A DNA stretch of 64,000 bases from a virus (IMGVR_UViG_3300031260_000038:15099-79098), one strand, 5' to 3'. Shown: positions 10,185 to 18,362, counted from the first letter of the stretch. Numbers and translations: made by a program. The notes: generated by a model from the letters alone, not told the origin.

Positions 10185-10811
10185 ATGATAAAAATAGAAC
10201 GTGCTCAAGTATTTGGTATTGATAATGCTTTATATGGCATGCGGCTACCAAAACAATCTAATGATAAGGGCGATAGTTATTGTGATGATGGTATATTTTT
10301 TATTGGTGATAATGACCTAAAGCTTGCACAAACACTAATTAAAGCAGGGTCAGACCATAGAAAGTTTCTTAGGCAGATTTCTGTAAGTATGGCTATAACA
10401 GCCCCGAGATATTGGTGGTCTGAAATGGACACTTATAAAGTGGCTACAGCCGCCAATAGCGAAAGCACCATGCACAGACTAGCTCAAACACCAATAACAA
10501 GAGATTGTTTTAGTTTTGACAGTATTGAAGACTTGTATTATTTAATGGAAGAATCTTTTGAAGACTATGTGCAAGATTGTGAACGTTTAAGATTAAATTA
10601 TCTTGAAACAAAAGATAAAAGATATTGGAGAGCATTAATACAAATGTTACCTTCATCATGGAATCAAACAAGAATGTGGTCTGGTAATTTTGAAGTTTTA
10701 TATAATATTATTAATGCAAGAGATAATCATAAATTATCAGAATGGCCTGATTTTATAGCGGAAATAAAAGATTTACCATATGCGAAAGAACTATTATTTT
10801 TTAATAAGTAA
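10185..10811 (+). CDS. ThyX-like (flavin-dependent thymidylate synthase-related) phage protein
   Basis: HRKFLRQI, TAPRYWWSEMDTY, NSESTMH motifs; context with dut and nrdJ. Confidence 0.6.
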   Translation: MIKIERAQVFGIDNALYGMRLPKQSNDKGDSYCDDGIFFIGDNDLKLAQTLIKAGSDHRKFLRQISVSMAITAPRYWWSEMDTYKVATAANSESTMHRLAQTPITRDCFSFDSIEDLYYLMEESFEDYVQDCERLRLNYLETKDKRYWRALIQMLPSSWNQTRMWSGNFEVLYNIINARDNHKLSEWPDFIAEIKDLPYAKELLFFNK

Positions 10812-10820
10812 AAATGGCAT

Positions 10821-10862
10821 AAAAAAATTGGGAGAACAGTTTAATTACTGTTCTCCCTTTTG
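10821..10862. terminator. Bidirectional rho-independent terminator
   Basis: 11-bp stem gggagaacagt/actgttctccc with A-tract before and T-tract after, where the two transcription units converge. Confidence 0.85.
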
Positions 10863-10866
10863 TTGT

Positions 10867-11013
10867 TTATATTGTAGGTATTATTTCTTCAAGATAGCCA
10901 CGAATGGTTATAGCCACGGCTACGTCTCCACCTACAGCTTCTGCATAGGCATCAAATGTAGTTCCTTCTGGAAACACAAGTGGCAGTTCTAATGGAATAT
11001 CTACTAATTGGTC
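10867..11013 (-). pseudogene. Orphan 48-codon C-terminal gene fragment
   Basis: DQLVDIPLELPLVFPEGTTFDAYAEAVGGDVAVAITIRGYLEEIIPTI-stop; preceded in frame by TAA, no start codon at its 5' end. Confidence 0.55.
10996..11010 (-). repeat. att-like direct repeat (partner 15434-15448)
   Basis: caattagtagatatt vs caattggcggatatt, 12/15, same frame (QLVDI / QLADI). Confidence 0.45.
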
Positions 11014-11030
11014 TTATAAAATCACCCTTC

Positions 11031-12011
11031 TCACGATATGTGATATTTAAAATGAGCCTCTTTTGCTCTGTGAGTTGAACTTGATATATATACTCTAGTT
11101 GTATCTGCTGACCTATGTCCTAGGGCATCTTGTATATCTGAAAGCTCCATGCCAGCTTCGTGTGATAGCGTTGCAAATGTGTGTCTTAATACGTGCGGTG
11201 TTAGTTTTTTAGAAATATTTGTTTTAATACTTATGTTTTCCAAGATTTTTTGTATAGCCCTGTTAGACAAATTGCCATGTGGTTTTTTAAGAGAAACAAA
11301 AAGATGCTCTGAGTCTACATCACGCTGACTGAGGTATGTTTGCAAATAATACAAACATTTTTGTGACAAAAAGGTTATTCTTTCTTTGTCGCCTTTTCCT
11401 ATAACGGTTAGCGTTCCTTGGTCTAGGTTCAGACTAGACAATTTAGCGCCCGCTATTTCAGACAGTCTAGCACCAGTTGAATACATTACTTCTATTAGCG
11501 CCCTGTCTCTTATGTTTTCACAAGCATTTCTAATTTTTTCTAAATCTATTATATTTAATGCTTTTGGAAGTCTGACAGGCTCTTTAATTCTTGAAAATCC
11601 AACCCATATGTTTTCTTTAACGTAGCCTTTGGTCAGCGCCCAGCCGTAGAATGTTCTAAGCACAGTGACGGTGTTGTTCTTAGAGGAATTTTTAATAGAT
11701 AGCTGTCTAATGTATTCCATTGCGTCATTGGTTGATATTTCAGAAATATTGCTAAAAGAACTAAGAAATTTATTGATTAATATTTTTCTATCTTTTACTG
11801 TTAGTGTTGAATAGCCCGCATCTAACATATGTTGACAATACCCCTGAATGATGTCTTCTTTATTAGCTTCCACTATTTCTGAAAACACTTCTTTAACACT
11901 ATATTTTTGCAATAATCTTTGAGCCACCATTCTTAGCAAGTTGTGGTCTGCCGCCGTGTCTAACATTCTAACTGATTCTACCAATTCGTTTATTAGTTTT
12001 TCTTTGGACAT
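11031..12011 (-). CDS. Tyrosine recombinase 1 (XerC/D-like)
   Basis: STGARLSE, GKGDKER, HVLRH, GHRSADTTRVY: catalytic R-K-H-R-H-Y intact. Confidence 0.92.
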   Translation of the reverse strand: MSKEKLINELVESVRMLDTAADHNLLRMVAQRLLQKYSVKEVFSEIVEANKEDIIQGYCQHMLDAGYSTLTVKDRKILINKFLSSFSNISEISTNDAMEYIRQLSIKNSSKNNTVTVLRTFYGWALTKGYVKENIWVGFSRIKEPVRLPKALNIIDLEKIRNACENIRDRALIEVMYSTGARLSEIAGAKLSSLNLDQGTLTVIGKGDKERITFLSQKCLYYLQTYLSQRDVDSEHLFVSLKKPHGNLSNRAIQKILENISIKTNISKKLTPHVLRHTFATLSHEAGMELSDIQDALGHRSADTTRVYISSSTHRAKEAHFKYHIS

Positions 12012-12035
12012 AATAGCACCATCCTTTCAGATGCT

Positions 12036-12064
12036 ATTATATCACAAAGATTTTGTTTTGTCAA
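12036..12064 (-). promoter_or_regulatory. SigA-type promoter of recombinase 1
   Basis: TTGACA-17-TATAAT with extended -10; overlaps a 9-bp inverted repeat. Confidence 0.85.
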
Positions 12065-12085
12065 GTGCTATTTCGCAATATGTGG

Positions 12086-12205
12086 CTATTGTGTAATAAT
12101 TTCAACTTTTTCGCTTTCGGTTATTCTTCCGATTTCCACGAGGTTATTTAGATAAGCTTCGTCTATTTTTCCCATTTGGAACTGTAATTTCAAAAACCTT
12201 ATCAT
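12086..12205 (-). CDS. XkdX-like small protein (39 aa, not in ORF track)
   Basis: MIRFLKLQFQMGKIDEAYLNNLVEIGRITESEKVEIITQ; TAATG coupling to the upstream gene. Confidence 0.6.
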   Translation of the reverse strand: MIRFLKLQFQMGKIDEAYLNNLVEIGRITESEKVEIITQ

Positions 12206-12474
12206 TAAAATCCACCCCCTAAAACATCCACCATCAGCATTTCCAAGGCTTCAAGGCGTTCTTCTGCCGTCGGTTCTTTTTGCCAGTATTTATCAAAATT
12301 TTCTTCTAATTCTGACAACGTAGCGGTTGTCTTAAAAGCCAGTTCATCGTATTCATAAAATGTCTGACCTTCTTCATTCTTGTATTCACGTTCGTTTTTC
12401 CGTAAATACACATCAGCATACTTTCCGATTGGGAAATAAGATATTTTAGGTTGTTTGGTAGTGTATTCTGCCAT
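12205..12474 (-). CDS. XkdW-like tail-fibre-associated protein
   Basis: ATG after GGAGG; C-terminal EPTAEERLEALE motif; directly upstream of the XkdX-like gene. Confidence 0.55.
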   Translation of the reverse strand: MAEYTTKQPKISYFPIGKYADVYLRKNEREYKNEEGQTFYEYDELAFKTTATLSELEENFDKYWQKEPTAEERLEALEMLMVDVLGGGF

Positions 12475-13618
12475 TGTTTTCCTCCTTTTGGTATTGACTG
12501 ATATAATTTTTACAAATATTAACAGCTTCAACTATTTTAAGTTTTCTTCTAATAAACCACGAGTTTGTGTGTTTATACCAACTATAAGCAGATATAATTT
12601 TCCGTGCGATATTTATATTAATTTTTCTTTTCCAGAATTTAACAAAAACACGTCTTGTTTTTAAAAATATTTTAGTTCTAATCGTTGTAGAGTTCTTTCT
12701 AAAAACAAATCCCATCATGTCTATCGGCTCATTGTTTGAAAGCTTGTTCGTTTTCCAGAAATCCTTAATATCTAACAGCAATTCTTCCTTAAGGAATTTC
12801 TTTAACATTAGAAAGGCTCTTTTTACAAATTTCTTGTTTTTACCAGTCAAGATAAAGTCGTCCATATAGAATAAAACGTGTGTTATCAACCTCTTGCGAA
12901 CAACCCCTCTTTTAGTTCTTCTGACAGTGAATAATTTTTCGCTTGCAAAATGATAGGCATAAGACAAATAATAATTACACAAGTATTGAGATAAATATGA
13001 ACCAATTGAAAGACCGCCGTTAAACATTGATAATAATAATTTGAACAACCATATAAGCGTGTTGTTTTTAATATCTCTTTCCAAAAAATATATTAATTTG
13101 TCTTGTGGTATTGATGGGAAACACTTTACGACATCTCCTTTTATAAAATATTTTACTTCATTTCTATCAATCCACCTGCGTATAAATCTTTTGCCATAAC
13201 ATTGTCCTTTATTGGGTAAAGATGCGCATTGAAATACTCCGATTTTTGCCATTAACATCTCTTTAGCACCCTCTATTGCGATATAATCACATATTTGGTG
13301 AAGTGGCGACTGAACCCCTATAGTTCTTTCTTTTTTGCACATATAATCGTACTTGGTGAAATATTGTATAGGTCTTAATTTCAGCGTCTTGTTTCTGATT
13401 TTGCCTGATAAATAATTAGCAATATTTAACACAATGCAATGTATTCTCGTGCGGTCGTTGTTCACAAAACCTGTTATCTCTAAATAACTATAATTTGAAA
13501 ATTTGCAAAACAATCTTCGCACATCTTTTCTGTTCCATTTTCTTTTTAAATATTTATATATGCAACTAACAATAAAATCCATGTTGCATATATCTATGTT
13601 TTTACAGTATCTTTTCAT
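12446..13618 (-). CDS. DGR reverse transcriptase RT1
   Basis: FIKGDVVKCFPSI, GLSIGSYLSQ, FYMDD; no group II intron maturase domain; adjacent TR/VR pair. Confidence 0.93.
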   Translation of the reverse strand: MKRYCKNIDICNMDFIVSCIYKYLKRKWNRKDVRRLFCKFSNYSYLEITGFVNNDRTRIHCIVLNIANYLSGKIRNKTLKLRPIQYFTKYDYMCKKERTIGVQSPLHQICDYIAIEGAKEMLMAKIGVFQCASLPNKGQCYGKRFIRRWIDRNEVKYFIKGDVVKCFPSIPQDKLIYFLERDIKNNTLIWLFKLLLSMFNGGLSIGSYLSQYLCNYYLSYAYHFASEKLFTVRRTKRGVVRKRLITHVLFYMDDFILTGKNKKFVKRAFLMLKKFLKEELLLDIKDFWKTNKLSNNEPIDMMGFVFRKNSTTIRTKIFLKTRRVFVKFWKRKININIARKIISAYSWYKHTNSWFIRRKLKIVEAVNICKNYISQYQKEENNGRIHYQTT

Positions 13619-13749
13619 TATGACCTTTCTAATAATGTCTCAATGGATTTCGCTAAACTACTAACCACTGCTGTAACGATTAATTTTACTTAGTTAAGTG
13701 AGCCGTGCCCGCTTAAAGCGGGGAGACTTGGCACATTGTTTTTTTATTA

Positions 13750-13860
13750 GATTGCCGGGGCAAGATATTCCAGTTCGAGTTCGTCAACGAGTTGTTGCCA
13801 TTCAAGTAACGTAATCCACACTGAGCGTCATTGTTCAGATTACCGAAAGACTGCCATACC
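13750..13860 (-). repeat. DGR1 template repeat TR1
   Basis: 111 bp; 24 differences from VR1, all at TR adenines (17 A>G, 6 A>T, 1 A>C). Confidence 0.96.
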
Positions 13861-13884
13861 TTGCTGTGCCAAGAATCCTCTATA

Positions 13885-13914
13885 AGGGGTTGTCACCCCT
13901 CAATGCTTCGCATT
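13885..13914 (-). promoter_or_regulatory. Candidate DGR1 target-recognition hairpins
   Basis: AGGGGT-GACA-ACCCCT (GRNA loop) and AATGC-GAA-GCATT just downstream of the target stop. Confidence 0.65.
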
Positions 13915-13915
13915 T

Positions 13916-15655
13916 TCACCCCAAACTACGCCTGCGGCTTCGCCCAGTTGCTGAAAGCCGGGGCAAGACATACCAGCCCGAGCCCGCCAACGAGTCGCTG
14001 CCAACCAAGCAACGCAATCCACACCGAGCGCCAACGCTCAGAAGACCGAAAGACCGCCACACCCTTGTACCAGTAACCGGAGAATTTGTATAGATACCAT
14101 CGCCAAATCCAGTAGAAGAACCCGCTAATGACTCAACAGGCACAATTACAGATGGATTATTTTCGTCGATTGCTATTTTGCTAATATACTGCCAAGCGTT
14201 ATTTGTTTGTGTCAATTGATAACCAACTAAATCATAATTAGAAGTTATTGAAGTTGCGTAATTATGACAATCGTAACAAGCGTAAACTTCAATTTTGTAC
14301 GTTCCGGTATTGTCGTTGTTGATTATCAAGTTTTGAATGACTTCATAACCACCAACCATCACTTCTATGCCGTTGATGATAAAGGGTTCTTTGCCTGATA
14401 AATTGTTATAAGGCGAACCATCTTGACCGAGCACGTCATCACAGCCGCCGCTGTTCCAAGGCATTGTTGATATTTTAGTTGACAAGGTGGTGTCGAAAAC
14501 AGCAGAATCCACATAGACAGCGCTGTTGCCATCGCCTAAATCTTCAATAGATGTTATTTTAACTCTATTTGCCAAGTCGTGAACGCTTGCGTTTGCTCTA
14601 TCTGTCGTTGTAGCGTTGCCAACCGAAACAGTCGAACCAACAAGCAAGTAAGCGCCTTCTGCATTTGACACAACAACACGATTAACCCCGGTTTCCGCAA
14701 CCCTATTGGAATACTGGGCATAGTAAGCCTGACAACCTTTCATCACATCGTCTGATATTGTTGTTGCGTATTTAAGCCACATCATCAACTGCACGTAAAA
14801 ATCATCGTGAGAAGTTTTGCCGCTATACTGAGCGCCTTTGGCGGCAAACGCTGTAATTTGTCCATTGTGGCTCATATTCACATATTCAGGATAAACACCG
14901 CTGATGGACGCAAGATTGTTACTTTCGTGTACGTTTCTTCCTGCGACATACTTAGCGAACAGCAAATAAGGTCTGATTGTTCCGTCGGGCTTTTCTGCCG
15001 GTTGTAGAATTTTGTAACCCTCGTATGGAAAATCAGTATACGAAACTTCCCAATAAGTGTCCGTAAATGTTACTTTAAAATACCCCGCCATCGCCATGAT
15101 GTAGACATCGCCGTTCGTGCCGTCACGCCTGAAATTAGAATCGCCTTTTATTGCTGTAACGTGGTAATCGTCGTTTGCATCTACATGAGCGTTGACTTCA
15201 ATCGACCGAAACAGACCGATGTTTTCGTAGTCGTTTCTGCCTTTGATGGTGTTTGTTGACGGTTCACAGACAAGACCCATGCTATCATCAAGTTTTGTTC
15301 CGAGTGGTGACTGTGACACAGAGAACAGATTGAACCTTACAGTGTAGATTTTCCCTGTGCGTTGTGCATTCCAGAATCCACCTAATCCGATATACTCAGT
15401 ACCATTGAAATAAACATCGTTCACGTTTGACGCAATATCCGCCAATTGTGTATCTAGTTCATCTATTGCATCTTGTGTATTAGTAGCCGTAAGTCCACTT
15501 GTAGTATTATTATATTCTAAATCTATTGCTGACGCTTCTGCATAGCTACCTGTGCCATCACCTTTTAGAACGCCGTTTACGTCTCTCATTGTTTGCAACA
15601 TCTCGCCATATTTAGTAGATGCTATCGGCTGACCATTATACATTAAAACAGCCAT
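13916..15655 (-). CDS. DGR1 target: tail fibre / receptor-binding protein with C-terminal CLec/Mtd-like variable domain
   Basis: VR1 at the C-terminus; short N-terminal stalk motif TATNTQDAIDEL. Confidence 0.85.
   Translation of the reverse strand: MAVLMYNGQPIASTKYGEMLQTMRDVNGVLKGDGTGSYAEASAIDLEYNNTTSGLTATNTQDAIDELDTQLADIASNVNDVYFNGTEYIGLGGFWNAQRTGKIYTVRFNLFSVSQSPLGTKLDDSMGLVCEPSTNTIKGRNDYENIGLFRSIEVNAHVDANDDYHVTAIKGDSNFRRDGTNGDVYIMAMAGYFKVTFTDTYWEVSYTDFPYEGYKILQPAEKPDGTIRPYLLFAKYVAGRNVHESNNLASISGVYPEYVNMSHNGQITAFAAKGAQYSGKTSHDDFYVQLMMWLKYATTISDDVMKGCQAYYAQYSNRVAETGVNRVVVSNAEGAYLLVGSTVSVGNATTTDRANASVHDLANRVKITSIEDLGDGNSAVYVDSAVFDTTLSTKISTMPWNSGGCDDVLGQDGSPYNNLSGKEPFIINGIEVMVGGYEVIQNLIINNDNTGTYKIEVYACYDCHNYATSITSNYDLVGYQLTQTNNAWQYISKIAIDENNPSVIVPVESLAGSSTGFGDGIYTNSPVTGTRVWRSFGLLSVGARCGLRCLVGSDSLAGSGWYVLPRLSATGRSRRRSLG
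13953..14063 (-). repeat. DGR1 variable repeat VR1
   Basis: Encodes VWRSFGLLSVGARCGLRCLVGSDSLAGSGWYVLPRLS vs TR1 VWQSFGNLNNDAQCGLRYLNGNNSLTNSNWNILPRQS. Confidence 0.96.
15434..15448 (-). repeat. att-like direct repeat inside target 1 (codons Q70-I74)
   Basis: 12/15 identity to 10996-11010; at the end of the stalk. Confidence 0.45.
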
Positions 15656-15679
15656 TTAATCACTCTCCTTAAATTATAC

Positions 15680-15708
15680 TTGACAAATCCCTTATTTTGT
15701 GCTATACT
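15680..15708 (+). promoter_or_regulatory. SigA-type promoter of recombinase 2
   Basis: TTGACA-17-TATACT with extended -10 TG; back-to-back with the target-1 RBS. Confidence 0.8.
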
Positions 15709-15729
15709 AATTAAAAAAGGAGATTTGTT

Positions 15730-16590
15730 ATGATTGAAAATTTTTGTACTTACCTTTATTCTGTAAAAAACAGGTCACATAGAACGATAACTGAATATCG
15801 TTATGACCTATTGCGTTTTGAAAAATTTATTGGAAAAGACCTAAAAGATGTAGATAGCGGCGACATTATTTCTTATCTAAAAAAGATGTCAGACGAAAAG
15901 AAGTCTAGTGCCTGTAGAGCTAGAAAACTAAGCTCTATTAAATCGTTCTACCGCTATCTACAAATGTTTGGTCATGTTACGGTCAGCCCCGCCGTAAACA
16001 TTGGTACGCCCAAAATTGAAAAGAGATTGCCTAAATATTTATCCCTAGTCGAAGCTGTTAGGCTTGTTGATGTAGCCAAGCAAAACAAAGTTGAGTTTTA
16101 CAGACTAAGAGATACCTGTATGATACAAATGTTTCTTAACTGTGGTTTGCGTCTATCTGAACTTGTTGAACTGCAACTGACAAGAATTAGCGGTGATAAA
16201 ATAGAAGTTATTGGAAAAGGCAATAAACAAAGATTTATTTATATGAACAATGCTTGTCAAAAAGCTCTTTCAGAGTGGCTTAATTACCGACAAGAATATT
16301 CCTGTGACTATGTTTTTAGCACGAAAAGAGATAACAAAATATCCAAAACAGCTGTTCAGTCAGTTATAAAGAATTATTTCAGAAAAGCTGGTCTTGACAC
16401 AACTAAATACCATGTTCACAGCCTACGACATACGTCTGCCACACTAATGTATCAGTATGGCAAAACAGACGTGCGTGTGCTACAACAATTTTTAGGACAC
16501 TCTACGATAGAATCAACCATGATATATACTCACGTTAATGACAACCAATTAAGGTCTGCTGTTATTAACAATCCACTGGCTAACCTATAG
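15730..16590 (+). CDS. Tyrosine recombinase 2 (XerC-like), antisense to the surrounding operon
   Basis: NCGLRLSE, GKGNKQR, HSLRH, GHSTIESTMIY: catalytic residues intact. Confidence 0.92.
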   Translation: MIENFCTYLYSVKNRSHRTITEYRYDLLRFEKFIGKDLKDVDSGDIISYLKKMSDEKKSSACRARKLSSIKSFYRYLQMFGHVTVSPAVNIGTPKIEKRLPKYLSLVEAVRLVDVAKQNKVEFYRLRDTCMIQMFLNCGLRLSELVELQLTRISGDKIEVIGKGNKQRFIYMNNACQKALSEWLNYRQEYSCDYVFSTKRDNKISKTAVQSVIKNYFRKAGLDTTKYHVHSLRHTSATLMYQYGKTDVRVLQQFLGHSTIESTMIYTHVNDNQLRSAVINNPLANL

Positions 16591-16594
16591 GCGA

Positions 16595-16610
16595 AATCTT
16601 AATTTGGTTC
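16595..16610 (+). repeat. 16-bp inverted repeat, left copy
   Basis: aatcttaatttggttc, 4 bp after the recombinase-2 stop; exact reverse complement of 19661-19676. Confidence 0.8.
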
Positions 16611-16710
16611 AATCTGAGTAATTAATTCCCGTGATAGACTTGTATTCTTCTTTTGTAATACGCTTCATTTTGACTAAAAATTTATACAACCTTATTTCAG
16701 CATCGCTCAC
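16609..16710 (-). CDS. XkdX-like small protein (33 aa, not in ORF track)
   Basis: MSDAEIRLYKFLVKMKRITKEEYKSITGINYSD; RITKEEYxxITG motif; GTGA coupling. Confidence 0.7.
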   Translation of the reverse strand: MSDAEIRLYKFLVKMKRITKEEYKSITGINYSD

Positions 16711-17015
16711 TTAGCACCCCCTCCTGACAACAAAACTATTTCTGTTAAATCTGCCAACAATTGGTTTAACTGTTCATTCTCAATTTCTTCTTGCGTTTTT
16801 TGCCTCAATACTATCCATGATTTTCCGTCACGAATAATATTGGACAGCAGTTTCATGTCTTGATATGTTTCTATTTTTTCTCCGTCTGATATTTCTACCA
16901 AGGACAAGTTATTTTCAAAAATTGAATCTTCAATAACTTGTCTGGCAATATAATTGTTTCCGTTTAATTCAAGGTTTTCTATAATTGTTCCGTCTGCCAA
17001 TTTTATGTGGTACAT
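16707..17015 (-). CDS. XkdW-like tail-fibre-associated protein
   Basis: C-terminal KTQEEIENEQLNQLLADL motif; upstream of the XkdX-like gene. Confidence 0.55.
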   Translation of the reverse strand: MYHIKLADGTIIENLELNGNNYIARQVIEDSIFENNLSLVEISDGEKIETYQDMKLLSNIIRDGKSWIVLRQKTQEEIENEQLNQLLADLTEIVLLSGGGAK

Positions 17016-18190
17016 TGATTGACCCCCTTTAATTCGTTATATAAATTATTCATATTTGTTCGTTGCTGTCTGCTCATTAGTTTGTAGTGATTGTTGAACC
17101 ACGATGTAAACAAACACTCAAAATCTTTTTTGTCTAAAACAGGAGCAAGTTTTTTCATTTTTCTCCGCATTGCTGTTAGTCTTTTGGGATTTATTTTCTT
17201 TATAATTCGACCTGTTTCTGTTAGCGAATATTGTATTTGCAAAAATCTCCAACAACTTGATAACTTGCAAATTCTTGTCTTTTTAGTGTTTATTGTGATT
17301 CCTATTTTTGTAGATTCCTCGACTATTTCTTTTAGCAGTGATTCTAAATAATTTTTATCTTGGTGAATTACATAACTGTCGTCCATGTACCTGCCGTATA
17401 GCTTTACGCCCTTAACAATTTTTATATAGTTGTCTAAGTCTTTAGGATAAGCTATGCCAGCAACCTGAGCTACTTGGTCGCCTATATTAAGATGCTTGTC
17501 CATTATTTTGCCGCCAACACATAACGCTTTATCTATATTTTGATATTCTAAAGAGTTAAATAATTCTTGCATGCATACGGAATATTGTTCGTCACTCATA
17601 TAGGAAACATCTACCCGAGACTTTTCAATAGCTTTTTCAAGAACCCATAAAGCGTCATTTTTAATTCCTATTTCTTCAAATATTTTTAGAAAATAATCGT
17701 GTCTTATATTGTCAAAGTATTTGCTGAAATCTATTAACAATATATATCCATCGTTGCTACCGTGCTTAGAGTAAAATCGTCTTAAATGTCTTTCAAACCT
17801 ATCCCTTGTAAAGCCAATACCCTTACCTTCTAAACTTGCTCCGTTATCATGTATAAGGTATTTTTTTATTACAGGAATCAACTCTTCTGTGCATAGACAA
17901 CTTTTAACCACCCTGTCTCTTATGTGCTCTCCTGTTATTAATCTTGTTTTCCCTCTTTCTTTTAATATAAATTCTGAACCATCAGACAATTCAAACGTTC
18001 GATTCTTTATAGATTTATAAGTTTCTGATATTTCTGGCAAAAACCTCATTTCATATTTTTGAACAGAGGCTTTCCAATCACTATTCTTCTTGGTCTTTTT
18101 ATAAGCTTTATAAAGATTATTAGAATTAAATGTTTCATGCTCACAGCTACAATTCTCGTAAGAAGTAGCGTCATGTTTAGTATTTACCAT
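17003..18190 (-). CDS. DGR reverse transcriptase RT2
   Basis: IRDRVV, LLIDFSKYFDNIRH, LNIGDQVAQ, YGRYMDD; follows avd and TR. Confidence 0.94.
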   Translation of the reverse strand: MVNTKHDATSYENCSCEHETFNSNNLYKAYKKTKKNSDWKASVQKYEMRFLPEISETYKSIKNRTFELSDGSEFILKERGKTRLITGEHIRDRVVKSCLCTEELIPVIKKYLIHDNGASLEGKGIGFTRDRFERHLRRFYSKHGSNDGYILLIDFSKYFDNIRHDYFLKIFEEIGIKNDALWVLEKAIEKSRVDVSYMSDEQYSVCMQELFNSLEYQNIDKALCVGGKIMDKHLNIGDQVAQVAGIAYPKDLDNYIKIVKGVKLYGRYMDDSYVIHQDKNYLESLLKEIVEESTKIGITINTKKTRICKLSSCWRFLQIQYSLTETGRIIKKINPKRLTAMRRKMKKLAPVLDKKDFECLFTSWFNNHYKLMSRQQRTNMNNLYNELKGVNQCTT

Positions 18191-18251
18191 ACGGAAGGAT
18201 ATTTTCTCCTTTCTTTAATGCAAATCGGTCAAATGCCTTTTTAATTGCAAA

Positions 18252-18342
18252 ATTGAAATCGGGACGCGCGCCAAGAGAGTAAGAAGCGTTGTTGTTGTTG
18301 GCATTACCGTTGTTGTTGACATTGGCAAAGTTCGTCGATGAT
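18252..18342 (-). repeat. DGR2 template repeat TR2
   Basis: 91 bp, AAC-rich; 16 adenine and 4 non-adenine differences from VR2. Confidence 0.94.
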
Positions 18343-18362
18343 ATTAGAAAATACCCCATGGA

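Noticed and set aside
10012-10187. Possibly frameshifted small Cys-containing gene (MNKCDKCMFF / YTYYSER..)
   Set aside because: A single missing T in a homopolymer could be a sequencing error; low information
12074-15438. 8-bp direct repeat cgcaatat next to the QLADI site
   Set aside because: Too short to distinguish from chance
12070-16597. gcgaaat in opposite orientation at 12070-12076 and 16591-16597
   Set aside because: Only 7 bp, expected by chance; inversion would give no sensible product
15671-16605. Inversion of the recombinase-2 gene itself via aaatta/taattt
   Set aside because: 6-bp AT-only match; the 16-bp repeat explains the right-hand site better
12446-18190. RTs as group II intron or retron enzymes
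   Set aside because: No maturase/endonuclease domain or intron ends; adenine-specific TR/VR pairs identify both as DGR RTs
18177-18359. 60-aa Asn-rich ORF over TR2, and + strand ORFs over TR1/VR1 (13831-14093)
   Set aside because: Expected by-products of AAC-rich template repeats and antisense shadows; no independent sign of translation
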